A stretch of DNA of 64,000 nt from Thermoproteota archaeon (lineage in GTDB: Archaea > Korarchaeota > JAOZGF01 > JAOZFZ01), in NCBI GenBank assembly GCA_027492035.1, contig JAOZFT010000020.1:32001-96000 (forward strand). The letters are read 5' to 3'. Position 1 is the stretch's first letter. The number at the start of each line of letters is the position of its first letter. A program made the position numbers and the translations under genes. This document shows positions 48,541-58,551 of this stretch, one piece after another. The notes beneath the pieces are model-generated. The model saw only the letters and a program-made list of their open reading frames with translations, was not told the DNA's origin and made no database searches.

Positions 48541-48815
48541 GTTTTTTCAACCTTAAAGAAAATTATCTAGACAACTTTGCTAAATTTTTCTTTCTGTTTA
48601 AAAATGTTAACAGTTCTAAAAAAGGAATCCTAAACTTAACACTGGACTCCTTTTAACTTCCTTTAGTTTCCTATATCTCCTCTACATTACTGTAAAATTG
48701 TTGAAAAGAAAGACACAGGTTGAAAAGGAGAAAAAAATAAAAAAATTGTTAGTTGCTGCAGTTTCCTTTGAAACCTTCGAAACTTCCCAGTACTTGAGAA
48801 GAGGGGGGTTCAAAG

Positions 48816-50186
48816 GTGACTGGCACTTTGTCACTGAAGGAAAAAATTCAACGGAAAAAAGCAGTGGTAGCTGTTTATGGATTAGGCTATGTTGGTTTGC
48901 CTCTACTTCTTCAAACAGCAAGTAAAGGGTTTAAAACTGTTGGAGTGGACATAAACAATAAGAAAGTGTTAAAACTTAAGAAAGGCGAAACTGAAGTTTT
49001 AACAAGCCAAGAAAAAAATGTTTTTAAGAAACTAATAGAGGAAGGATTGGTTGAGCTTACGAGTGACGGCAACTATGCTTCAGACAAAGCTGAAGTGCAT
49101 ATTATTTGCGTCCCTACACCTGTGGACGAAGTAGGAATCCCTGACTTAAAATTTGTTGTTGAAGCAGCTGAAACCATAAGCAAGGGTTTAAGGGAGGGTG
49201 AAATTGTTGTTTCTGAAAGTACAAGCTACCCTGGAACTGTAGACTATGTTATTCGCCCTGTACTTGAAAAAACAGGTTTAAAAGCAGGTGAAGATTTCTA
49301 TTTAGCTTTTTCACCGGAAAGGATTTCTCCAGGCGACCCTTACAAGATATCTGAAATCCCCAAAGTTGTCGGTGGAGTGAACAAGGAAAGCACAGACCTA
49401 TCCGCCCTCTTCTACCAGCAAATACTGGATGCCCCAGTGATTCCTGTTTCAGACGCTAAAACAGCTGAAATGACTAAAATGCTGGAAAACATTTACAGAG
49501 TGGTTAACATTGCGTTAATCAATGAGCTTGCAGTGTTTGCAGAGAAACTAGGAATCGACATATGGGAGGTTATAAGGGCAGCTTCAACAAAACCTTTCGG
49601 TTTCCAGTCTTTTCATCCAGGCCCAGGAGTTGGAGGTCACTGCGTACCAGTTGATCCTTTATACTTCTCCTTCCTTGTAAGGAAGATGGGTAAAATTTCC
49701 CATTTCATAGAGTTAGCTACAGAAATAAACAACAAAATGCCTGAGCATGTGGTTGAACTGGTTGAGGCAGCTTTAAACAGCGTCAAAAAAAGCGTTAAAG
49801 GGTCTACCTTATCAATTTACGGTTTAACTTACAAAAAAGATGTCCCAGACCTAAGGAACACTCCTTCAAAAAAAATAATTAAGTTTTTGTTGGAATTAGG
49901 CGCAAAAATAAAGGTTTACGACCCTTACGTAAAAAAAGTAACATTGGGCAATGAAACATTTAAATCAGAAAAGAATGTTTTTGAATGTGCAAAAGGAAGC
50001 GACTGCCTAATTTTCTTAACCGACCACAAAATGTTTAAGTCAATTAACATCGAAGAATTAATTGAAAAAATGAAGGAGAAAATAATTGTAGATGGAAGAA
50101 ACATTTTCGACAGAGAAACATGTGAAAGAAAGGGAATACATTATTTCGCAATCGGGAAACCCATTAAAAAAAGGGGTAGGGTTTGA
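48816..50186 (+). CDS. UDP-N-acetylhexosamine dehydrogenase (WecC/TviB family)
   Basis: GLGYVG, CVPTP, ESTSYPG, SPER, GPGVGGHC, YKKDVPDLR. Confidence 0.9.
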   Translation: MTGTLSLKEKIQRKKAVVAVYGLGYVGLPLLLQTASKGFKTVGVDINNKKVLKLKKGETEVLTSQEKNVFKKLIEEGLVELTSDGNYASDKAEVHIICVPTPVDEVGIPDLKFVVEAAETISKGLREGEIVVSESTSYPGTVDYVIRPVLEKTGLKAGEDFYLAFSPERISPGDPYKISEIPKVVGGVNKESTDLSALFYQQILDAPVIPVSDAKTAEMTKMLENIYRVVNIALINELAVFAEKLGIDIWEVIRAASTKPFGFQSFHPGPGVGGHCVPVDPLYFSFLVRKMGKISHFIELATEINNKMPEHVVELVEAALNSVKKSVKGSTLSIYGLTYKKDVPDLRNTPSKKIIKFLLELGAKIKVYDPYVKKVTLGNETFKSEKNVFECAKGSDCLIFLTDHKMFKSINIEELIEKMKEKIIVDGRNIFDRETCERKGIHYFAIGKPIKKRGRV

Positions 50187-50192
50187 TTCTGG

Positions 50193-50606
50193 TTAAACGT
50201 GCCATGTTTTAAAAACTCCTTCACCTTTCAGACAAACCCATCCTGTACCGTAGGCTAAAACTTTCGAAACAGTGTGCGTAGTTTTTATGTGTACAATCAA
50301 GTTTTCACCTGTAACCTGTGCCATCCCTTCACCTTCATAAACCCAGAAGTTCCCTCTCTGAAAAACATTCCCTGAACCCTTTGTCACAATTTGAGGTTGA
50401 TGCCCACCATAGTTTTCCACTTCAAGAATTCCTCCTCCCTGAATAAAAACAGTTCCTGAACCCTGTATCACTGCTGTACCTATTCCTTTAGCTGCTAAAA
50501 CTCCTTTCCCGCCAGTAAATAAAGCATTGACAGAACTCGTGGATAGCATCAAGGAAACAAGTAGGGCGATAGCTGTTACACTTAAAAAAATTTTTCCTTT
50601 ATTCAT
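50193..50606 (-). CDS. Secreted Gly-rich beta protein, hypothetical
   Basis: Signal peptide followed by repeated GxG-strand units. Confidence 0.7.
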   Translation of the reverse strand: MNKGKIFLSVTAIALLVSLMLSTSSVNALFTGGKGVLAAKGIGTAVIQGSGTVFIQGGGILEVENYGGHQPQIVTKGSGNVFQRGNFWVYEGEGMAQVTGENLIVHIKTTHTVSKVLAYGTGWVCLKGEGVFKTWHV

Positions 50607-50776
50607 TCCTTTACATCCCTCACTAAAAGTTTTATTTTTTATGAAGGAAGCTGGTAAACCTTAAATAAACTTTATGAAAGAAGAATATAGATGATTCATT
50701 CATTTCTTTACTTTTTCCCTTCCTCAACCATAATTTTATTCTCTTCTTTTAGTTTCTTTGCTGAGGGGGTTTAAAG

Positions 50777-51373
50777 TTGTTTGAAATATTCGGTTCAGGG
50801 AAACCTAAGAGACTATTTGTTGGTGGTTTACATGGAAAAGAGGGTTTAGTGACTCAAAAAGTTTTTTCAGAGTTGGTTAAGTCAAACTTCACCGTTAAGG
50901 AAGGGTGCTTAATTATACGTAACTTTTCATTAAAAACAAGGTATGTAAGCACTTTAGAAAGAGAGTTTTACAATACTGAAACAGGGAAGAAGCTTCTTAA
51001 ATTAATAAGAAGCATTAAACCAGAAATATATGTTGAATTCCATTCTTACCCATCGAAAAGTTACCCAAGTTTAACAAGTGAGGAAAGGAGGAAAACTAAG
51101 GGGGTTCCGCCCTTAATAGATTTAAGCAAAGGCTTATTGTTCGGTTCAGTTTCTCCGCTTATACGCAAAACGGAATTTAAGAAAAGAGACTTTTGTGCAT
51201 TACTGGAAATACCTAAAAAGTTCACTGGTTACAATGAAGTGATAAACCTTTGCAAAATATTCATTAAAGCTAGAAATAGAGAAGAAATAGTGGAGGAAAT
51301 GGAGAAAATTTATCCGGAGCAAATGAAACAAGTTCAGAGAAATTACCTTGAATTCTACTCATTAAAAATTTAA
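50777..51373 (+). CDS. DUF2119 family (M14-like zinc hydrolase fold)
   Basis: LFVGGLHGKEG, YVSTL, YVEFHSY, GVPPLIDL, GSVSP. Confidence 0.75.
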   Translation: MFEIFGSGKPKRLFVGGLHGKEGLVTQKVFSELVKSNFTVKEGCLIIRNFSLKTRYVSTLEREFYNTETGKKLLKLIRSIKPEIYVEFHSYPSKSYPSLTSEERRKTKGVPPLIDLSKGLLFGSVSPLIRKTEFKKRDFCALLEIPKKFTGYNEVINLCKIFIKARNREEIVEEMEKIYPEQMKQVQRNYLEFYSLKI

Positions 51374-51701
51374 ATTTTTTATTAAAGCAAGAAAAAGGAA
51401 TTTCAGGATTTCTGATACAAGGAATCTGTCAAGATGAAACAGTTAAATTTTTTAATTTTAAGAAATAATTTATATATCGAAAGTGTAATATCAACTTTAT
51501 TTGGGAATTGATTAAATAAGACAAAAATTAAAAAAGTATTTTTTTTCCTTGGTTGAAACATTTCTTCTTTAAGACTCTTTTTTTAGCTAAAAAAGCATTC
51601 TTCATTTAAAGACTCTTTTATTGACAGAATCCCTCCCAAATCTTTCGGAAACCTGATTTATGAAAACTATTTAATTAAGTTCAAGTTTTTCCACATTTTT
51701 A

Positions 51702-53645
51702 GTGGGGGATGTTAGGTGGGTGAGTAGGTTGAAAGCTTTGATACTGGCTGCAGGTAAAGGGACAAGGCTTAGACCATACAGTGAAACCACACCTAAATCC
51801 CTGATGGAGCTTGTTCCTGGTTTAACCATTATTGAATTCATTATAGGTCAGTTAAGGAAAGTAGGTGTCACAGATATAGTGGTAGTTACCAGAAGTGAAC
51901 TTGTTGAAAAGTTCAGAAATAAGTTGGGGGACGAAGTAAGTTATGTTTCAGTGGATGGGGGAAAGGATTTCGGGAACTTGTACACTGTTGAAGAGGCTCT
52001 TAGAAAAGTTGAAGACGACCATGTTTTGCTTGTCATGTCGGATCACATATTTGAAAGGGAGCTTTTGAACAAATTAGTTAATTGTGGAGACAGTAAACCA
52101 GTTATTCTTTGTTTAGACAGGAACCCTAAATGGATGGTTATTAATGAAGGACTTAGAGTAAAAATTAACGGTTCAGGAGTTGAAAAAGTTGGGAAAGATT
52201 TGCCGCCTTACCATGGAGTAGATACCGGTTTATTTCTATTAAGTAATGAAGCCTTCAATTTAGTTTTTGAAACAGTGAAAAAGCTTGGGTGCAGTTCTAA
52301 AATAGCGGATTTAGTTAACGCAGCTGCAGAAAACAGTAAAGTGGGTTATGTTGATGTAACAGGCCATTTATGGATGGACATAGACACACCTAAAGACCTT
52401 TTAAAGGCACGGAAACTTTATTGGAAAATAAAAGGGAAGGATTTGGTTAAACCCAGCGATGGCCCTGTTTCTAAACGTTTAAACAGGCCTATTTCCACCA
52501 AAATTTCTCTTTTCCTGTACCAGAGGAACAGAGTTACTTCAAATCAAGTTTCCTTTTTAGCTTTTCTTCTGGGTTTAGCTTCAGCTTCTCTTTTTCTTTT
52601 GAACAACCTAGTGCTCGGCGGAATACTAACTTACATATCTTCAGTTTTTGATGGGGTGGATGGTGAACTTGCAAGGTTAAGGAGCGAAGAATCTTTTTTT
52701 GGAGGAGTCCTTGACAGTCTGCTTGACAGATTCGTTGATTTATCCTTGATATTATCGATAGGTATAAATTACTTTAGAAACCCTTACCTAAGTCCTTCTT
52801 GGGTTGTTTTCCTGGTTTCCTTAGCATCGTTTGGTGTCATCCTGGTAAGTTACGTTTCAAAACTTTTTGGTTCGAAAGCTGCAAAATTAAGAAGTGGATT
52901 CCCTTGGGCTACAAGAGATGTTAGACTTTTTACTTTCACTATTGGGGGGCTAACCATGTTTCCCTTAATTCCTTTAGTTTTCTGTGCGTTTGCTCCTTTA
53001 ATTTTCTCCGGTAAAGCCTTACTGACCCTCAGCAGAAAATCCAGCCCCGTTAAAGTAAAAAAGGGGAAAGTTGAAACTTTGAGACCTCCCCAGCCTCAAA
53101 TCAAAGTAGTTGAAAACAAGGCTCCTAAGGAGTCACGGCGTCATTTAACAGATTTGTTTTCAAACATCGTTAAACTCACAGTTTCCTTAGCAGTGATCCG
53201 GATACTGCTCTACTCCTTTGGGGGAGTACCTATGATTAACATTTCTTTACTGGAAATAAAGGCTAGTCACGTGTTAAACTTGATAAACCTTGTGGTGATT
53301 GTTTATTTTGGGTATGGGATACTTACCTCCCTGAAATTCTTTCTAGACATTGCTTCAGATATAGTAGTGAGTAAGTTAGAGGTGACCAAAACAGCTTACT
53401 CAAGGGCCACATTAGACATTCTTTACTTAATAGGTTTAGCGCTGATCTGGTTCGCTGTAAGTCCGTTACTGGAGAACGTTCCAGAAATAGGGGAATGGCT
53501 TAGAATGCCTTTAGGACTACTTATTTTGGCTGTCTTCACCTTAATACTTTATGATTTATCAAGAATATTTTACAGAAGCCTTAAAGGAGCTTTAAACAAG
53601 GTTATAGATGCAGTAACAGAAGCAATAGAAAAATGCACTAAATGA
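51702..53645 (+). CDS. Bifunctional IPCT/DIPPS (di-myo-inositol-phosphate synthesis) with extra C-terminal membrane domain
   Basis: LAAGKGTRL..PK, MSDH, VDTGLF, WMDIDT; then DGPVSKRLNRPIS and DGVDGELAR...G..LD..LDR, RDVR; then about 170 aa with 4 more TM. Confidence 0.85.
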   Translation: MGDVRWVSRLKALILAAGKGTRLRPYSETTPKSLMELVPGLTIIEFIIGQLRKVGVTDIVVVTRSELVEKFRNKLGDEVSYVSVDGGKDFGNLYTVEEALRKVEDDHVLLVMSDHIFERELLNKLVNCGDSKPVILCLDRNPKWMVINEGLRVKINGSGVEKVGKDLPPYHGVDTGLFLLSNEAFNLVFETVKKLGCSSKIADLVNAAAENSKVGYVDVTGHLWMDIDTPKDLLKARKLYWKIKGKDLVKPSDGPVSKRLNRPISTKISLFLYQRNRVTSNQVSFLAFLLGLASASLFLLNNLVLGGILTYISSVFDGVDGELARLRSEESFFGGVLDSLLDRFVDLSLILSIGINYFRNPYLSPSWVVFLVSLASFGVILVSYVSKLFGSKAAKLRSGFPWATRDVRLFTFTIGGLTMFPLIPLVFCAFAPLIFSGKALLTLSRKSSPVKVKKGKVETLRPPQPQIKVVENKAPKESRRHLTDLFSNIVKLTVSLAVIRILLYSFGGVPMINISLLEIKASHVLNLINLVVIVYFGYGILTSLKFFLDIASDIVVSKLEVTKTAYSRATLDILYLIGLALIWFAVSPLLENVPEIGEWLRMPLGLLILAVFTLILYDLSRIFYRSLKGALNKVIDAVTEAIEKCTK

Positions 53646-53789
53646 GTAAAGGATAACTCTTTACCAGTTTAATTATTCCATATTTTCATCCTGTCTCAAG
53701 AAGAAAATTCAATATTTTTAAATCAAAAACCAACAAAAAGATTAAATTTAAACTTATTTTCAAAAAAATGTTAAAAAAGGTGGTAAGTA

Positions 53790-54734
53790 TTGATTTCTAA
53801 GCTAAGGTTTAAAGGAAAAGATTTTCTCACTTTGATGGATTTTAGCAAAGAGGAAATTGATTTTGTGCTCAAAGTTTCAGAGGAACTGAAAAGTAAATAT
53901 TTGAGAGGAGAAAAACATAACTATCTTGAGGGAAAAACCATTGCAATGATTTTTGAAAAACCTTCTACAAGGACAAGGTTTAGTTTCCAAGCTGCAATTG
54001 CCCATTTAGGTGCTCAAAGCTTTTATGCTATGCGTTCACAGATGCAACTTGCTAGAGGAGAACCTATAAAGGACACCGCGAGAGTTTTAGACAGGTACTG
54101 TGATGGTTTGGTGATAAGAACCTTTGGTCAAGAAGTAGTAGAGGAATATGCTGCATACATGAGCCACCCAGTAGTTAATGCTTTAACTGATTTAACGCAC
54201 CCTTGTCAGGGACTGGCTGATCTTTTAACTATCAAAGAGAAAAAGGGTGATTTCAGCAAGTTAAAATTAGCTTATACCGGGGACATTTGGAATGTTGCAC
54301 AAACTTTAATGGTTGCTGCTGCGATTTATGGGATGAAGGCATACTTTGCAAGACCTAAAGGCTATAACCCGGATAAAAGGATTTGGAAGTTTGTGCAGGA
54401 GAAAATGGAGGAAACTGAAGCTGAAGTAGTTTTAACCAGTGACTTAAGCGAAGCTGTCCAAGGAGCTGACGTGGTTTATGCCAACACTTGGCACAGTATG
54501 GGAGGCCCCGAGAAAGAAAAAGAGAAAAGAATTAAGGACTTTAAACCTTACCAAATAAACAATGAAGTCTTAAAGGAAGCAAAGAAAGATGCAATATTTA
54601 TGCATTGTTTACCGGGTTACAGAGGAGAGGAAATGACTGATGAAGTCATTGAAGGCCCCCACAGTGTAGTTTTCGACCAAGCAGAAAATAGAATGCATAC
54701 AGAAAAGGCAGTCTTATCACTTTTTATCCCCTAA
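53790..54734 (+). CDS. argF: Ornithine carbamoyltransferase family (atypical substrate loop)
   Basis: STRT, HPCQ, HCLP, QAENR present; the DxxxSMG loop reads NTWHSMG. Confidence 0.75.
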   Translation: MISKLRFKGKDFLTLMDFSKEEIDFVLKVSEELKSKYLRGEKHNYLEGKTIAMIFEKPSTRTRFSFQAAIAHLGAQSFYAMRSQMQLARGEPIKDTARVLDRYCDGLVIRTFGQEVVEEYAAYMSHPVVNALTDLTHPCQGLADLLTIKEKKGDFSKLKLAYTGDIWNVAQTLMVAAAIYGMKAYFARPKGYNPDKRIWKFVQEKMEETEAEVVLTSDLSEAVQGADVVYANTWHSMGGPEKEKEKRIKDFKPYQINNEVLKEAKKDAIFMHCLPGYRGEEMTDEVIEGPHSVVFDQAENRMHTEKAVLSLFIP

Positions 54735-54876
54735 AATTCTTCGAAATTTTTCTGTTTTTCCGTGATAAAAATAGAATTTTCCTTGATTCTTCCACCCCTC
54801 TTCTTTCTTCAACCTGAATCTCTCTAAACTTTTTAGTAAAGTTCTCAGTCTTTGCTAAGAACTAAATTAAAAGTTT

Positions 54877-56457
54877 TTAAAACAAGTCATAATCTTGCAA
54901 GTAGCTCCTACCTGTTTTTAAAGCTATTTCGGCTTTGTTAAGTTCCTTTCCAAGGTATGCAGCATGAGGAAGGAGGGTAACTAACCCTCTTTTAATTGCT
55001 TCCATATACACATCTACAGACTTTTCTCCCCTGATTATAACATCAGGTTTCTCCCTGTTCCGGAAACTGTAATGTTGCAAAACTATTTCCCTCCTTTCCC
55101 TGTCAACATTTATTTTAAAGAAACCTTTTGGGTCTATGGGTGTCTTATATTGTTTTTCAGCCTTTACAACCTTAACTTCATTCTCTATTGCAGGGTTATA
55201 CAGAAGTTCTTTACTTCTCTTTTCTTTAAAGAAAAGGAGATTTATGGCTAAGTCTTTAGGAAAGGTTCCCCTCTTTCTTGAAATATAAATCATTTTGGAA
55301 GCTTTAATTAATTCCTTCACTGCTCCTTTACATTTATTGCTTTGTTCAGTAGTTAAAACCAAGTTTATACTTAATTCATTCATTATTGCTGCGAGGATAG
55401 CGTTTACACCTATTGAGTCAGCATCTATTGTTTCTGTTATGTTTCCAACTCCGCAAAAGAGCATTTTTTCCGGATGCTTCCTGTGAAAAGTTTTGAATGT
55501 GATTAATGAATCTGTTAAATTCGGCATGTTGACAGGGTTTAAGATTAAGTCGCAAAGGAAATTTTTCACTCCTTCCTCCCTTGCTTTTTCAATGTTTTCC
55601 TCCATAACTTCTATTTTTTCATTTATCTCCACAGGAAAAATCCCTTTTTTGTAATTATACGGTATTATTACAGCAGGTGTTTCCCCTAAGTAACTGGCAA
55701 CCTCTTCTATGTTTCCCCCTTCCAAACTCACCACTAAATCTATACCCTCCTCTACTGCAGCCTTTATTTCCTTAGAAGAAACTGTGTCAATACTTAAGGG
55801 TGCATTACAAACTTTTCTTAAAAAATTAATCAGCTCCTTTACTTTTTCAGGTTTCTCCATGCCTGAAACCATGCCTATATCTATTATGTGGGATCCAGAG
55901 TTTAAGTAATGTTTAACTTTTCTAATTAACTCTTCCTTAGACAATAAGGGGGCGTCAACTATTTCTGCTGCCACCTTAAATGGAAGTCTTTGATCAATGA
56001 CAACTTTACCCCCAATAACAAATGCTTTTTCCTTGTTCAGTAACTCTTTTTCAAGTTTCTTTATTTCATAAAGTTCAGAGGAGGCTTCTTCCTTCCTCTT
56101 TAAATGTAAAATTTCACAGGCTGGAGTTACAGTTGAAAACTTGATTTTCCCCTGTTTAAAAAGGTTAAGAATTTCTCCTAAATCTGTTGATAATTTAGGT
56201 CCCTTAAAAACAGGTAAACCTAGTTTTTCCCCTATCTCCTTTGTGTCTCCCTTAATTAATCCTGGGACCAAAATTAAATCAAAACCACGCCCTCTTAAGT
56301 CCTCCTTCTCCAGTTGTTTAATAATGTTTTTTATGGGAATTAATGAAGCTACGTCAAAAGGCAGAGTTTTAATTTCATAATCTACCTCGCTCCTCTTTAC
56401 ACTTTCATGAACAGACTTCTCGGCCAGTTTACCTGTTACAAGCAACACCTTCAACAT
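54877..56457 (-). CDS. Archaeal dihydropteroate synthase-like protein with C-terminal DUF4346-like domain
   Basis: VLLVTGKLAE, AEIVDAP, IIDIG, SIDT, GVGNITETIDADSIGVN, DPKGFFKI, HAAYLGKEL.KAE. Confidence 0.85.
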   Translation of the reverse strand: MLKVLLVTGKLAEKSVHESVKRSEVDYEIKTLPFDVASLIPIKNIIKQLEKEDLRGRGFDLILVPGLIKGDTKEIGEKLGLPVFKGPKLSTDLGEILNLFKQGKIKFSTVTPACEILHLKRKEEASSELYEIKKLEKELLNKEKAFVIGGKVVIDQRLPFKVAAEIVDAPLLSKEELIRKVKHYLNSGSHIIDIGMVSGMEKPEKVKELINFLRKVCNAPLSIDTVSSKEIKAAVEEGIDLVVSLEGGNIEEVASYLGETPAVIIPYNYKKGIFPVEINEKIEVMEENIEKAREEGVKNFLCDLILNPVNMPNLTDSLITFKTFHRKHPEKMLFCGVGNITETIDADSIGVNAILAAIMNELSINLVLTTEQSNKCKGAVKELIKASKMIYISRKRGTFPKDLAINLLFFKEKRSKELLYNPAIENEVKVVKAEKQYKTPIDPKGFFKINVDRERREIVLQHYSFRNREKPDVIIRGEKSVDVYMEAIKRGLVTLLPHAAYLGKELNKAEIALKTGRSYLQDYDLF

Positions 56458-56513
56458 TTTCTACCTCTTATTGTTTGTTCTTTACCAATGCTTTCTAAAC
56501 CTTGCCTAAGCCT

Positions 56514-57269
56514 TTACGTCTCCAGTATTTCATTGATTTTAGTTAGCAACCTGGTAGGTTCTTCAACAACCACTACTCCCTTCATTTTTCTTAGTTTATT
56601 AACGTTTTCAACATCTACTTCTCTAGTTTCTATTTTTGCTTTCTCCCAACAAGCTACTGCTTGGAAGGGACATGCTGAAACACATTTTTCGCAGCCTATA
56701 CATTTCAAAAGATTTATTTTTGGGCCTTCCTTGGTTGATTCTATAGCCTCAACCGGACAGTTTGTTAAGGCCGTGCATTCCTTACAGTTTAAACATTTTT
56801 CGCGTTTGATTATGCAAGGAAGCGTAATTTCTGTTTCTCCCAGCTTTGAATCCACAGGTAAAACAATCACTGGAACTTTGCCTTTCAAAGCTTGGGCGAA
56901 AGCATTTGTAACACATGTGTCAGCCACTCCATTAACCATTTTAGCGACGGAGTTTGCTGTAACAGGTGAAACAGCAAAAACTTTGTATTTTCTTAGATTG
57001 AAACGGCCTGAAAAAACTCCACTAGCCCCATCTGTTTCTCTGCTTACCAATTCTTCGTAATAAAGGCCTGGGGAAATTTTCTTAATTTTATCTCTTAAAC
57101 CGTACATTCTGAGAATCTCTAACCCTGCTTCACTAACGAAGGTAGTTACTTTTACACCGTACTTTTGTTTAATCCCCAACATTATTTGGTAGGTTTCGAA
57201 AAGAAAAGTTCCTGAACCTGTAACTCCCCAGGCAAGCTTCAATTCTTCCCTCAATACTTCACCCCTCAA
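56514..57269 (-). CDS. dmrX: Dihydromethanopterin reductase (flavoprotein + 2x[4Fe-4S])
   Basis: AWGVTGSG, SPVTANSVAKMVNGVADT, PVD, CLNCKEC...CP, CIGCEKCVSACP. Confidence 0.8.
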   Translation of the reverse strand: MRGEVLREELKLAWGVTGSGTFLFETYQIMLGIKQKYGVKVTTFVSEAGLEILRMYGLRDKIKKISPGLYYEELVSRETDGASGVFSGRFNLRKYKVFAVSPVTANSVAKMVNGVADTCVTNAFAQALKGKVPVIVLPVDSKLGETEITLPCIIKREKCLNCKECTALTNCPVEAIESTKEGPKINLLKCIGCEKCVSACPFQAVACWEKAKIETREVDVENVNKLRKMKGVVVVEEPTRLLTKINEILET

Positions 57270-57420
57270 ATTTTAAACCAACAAATGCTTTTAAGACCAT
57301 TTTTAAATCCTTAAATGCTTCAATTGTTCTTCTAAAGGAATAAATAAGGGAGTTAAAAGTCATTACGGAAGTAGCTTATTTCAGGTTTTTAATGGTTTGA
57401 GAGATCACTTCCGAAAAAAA

Positions 57421-58359
57421 TTATTTTAACTCAAATTCCTTTCTCAACTGTTCTAAAGTAGCATGGTACTCAGCCACTAAGTTATGTTCATGAATGCTCT
57501 CTAAGTCTTCTTGAATAAGGGAAACTTCTGTTTCATCAGGTAAATTCGGGAATTTATCAATTACTCCCTTCGCCATGTACCTTATCACATCCTCAGCAAA
57601 CCTTGCTTTCTTCACAGCTTGCTTAACAACTTCAATTTCATCTTTCTTCTTCAATAATTCAAAAGTTGGGGCACTCATTGCATTCCTTGCTATCTCGATC
57701 AGTGTGTAAGCATTAACAGAATAATTCCCTGGAACCTCAACCACTAACGTAGCGTAGCTTCGCTGCATGTGGGTTGCAATAAACAGTTTTTCAACAAGCT
57801 TCTTCACTTTTTCTTCATTCCCTATATCCCTCTTTAAAGAATCCATTGTCTCCAAGAGAATGCTTTTCTGGGCGCTGGGGCAAGCAGTTATCCCGCTTAC
57901 TTTAACCCCTACAGCCTTCTTTATTTTTATTTTCTTTTTTATCCTTTCAGCTTTAGCAGATCCTAGAAGTACAGCTCTTTCAAATGTCTCCTTCCCTGTT
58001 ACAGGTGTTTCAGTAGGATAAACCACATCACCTTGTAAAATAACTTCCGCCTTTCTACAGTAAGGATGCTTCTGCAAAAGCTCCTTTGCCACTCTGCTGC
58101 AGAAAACTTCAATTTTCAATTTTTTCTTTGCATACCTTGAAAGAACCTCAACTATGGCTTCATAATTCCTTGAAGCATGGATTCCGCGGTAGTCAGGAAC
58201 TAAGTCAATGAAAGCAGAGACAGAAGGGACAAAAGCTGCTGTTTTATGGTTTATGTCGATAGAAAAAACAGGCACTCTAATATTTTCAACACCAACCCTT
58301 TTAAGATAAATACGAAACAAAGGTTTCTCAACATTTACGTCTGAAATGAGGGAAGGCAA
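57421..58359 (-). CDS. mptA: GTP cyclohydrolase MptA/FolE2 family
   Basis: LKRVGV, RGIHASR, TACP, THMQR, LKKKDE, FAEDVIR, ESIHEH. Confidence 0.88.
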   Translation of the reverse strand: MPSLISDVNVEKPLFRIYLKRVGVENIRVPVFSIDINHKTAAFVPSVSAFIDLVPDYRGIHASRNYEAIVEVLSRYAKKKLKIEVFCSRVAKELLQKHPYCRKAEVILQGDVVYPTETPVTGKETFERAVLLGSAKAERIKKKIKIKKAVGVKVSGITACPSAQKSILLETMDSLKRDIGNEEKVKKLVEKLFIATHMQRSYATLVVEVPGNYSVNAYTLIEIARNAMSAPTFELLKKKDEIEVVKQAVKKARFAEDVIRYMAKGVIDKFPNLPDETEVSLIQEDLESIHEHNLVAEYHATLEQLRKEFELK

Positions 58360-58551
58360 CTTTAATCAACTCTAATTTTTAAAAAGGATAAATAGTTCGG
58401 GAATTGAACCTTGAATCCAGTATGAATTCAATCTAAAACCCAAACCCTTCAAGCATCAAATTTAAATTTTTCCAAAAATGAACCGGAACTTCTTCAACAT
58501 TTTTCAGTTAGGATAGAACTAGATACTAAAGGTAAAGAAATTTTTTAGGTT

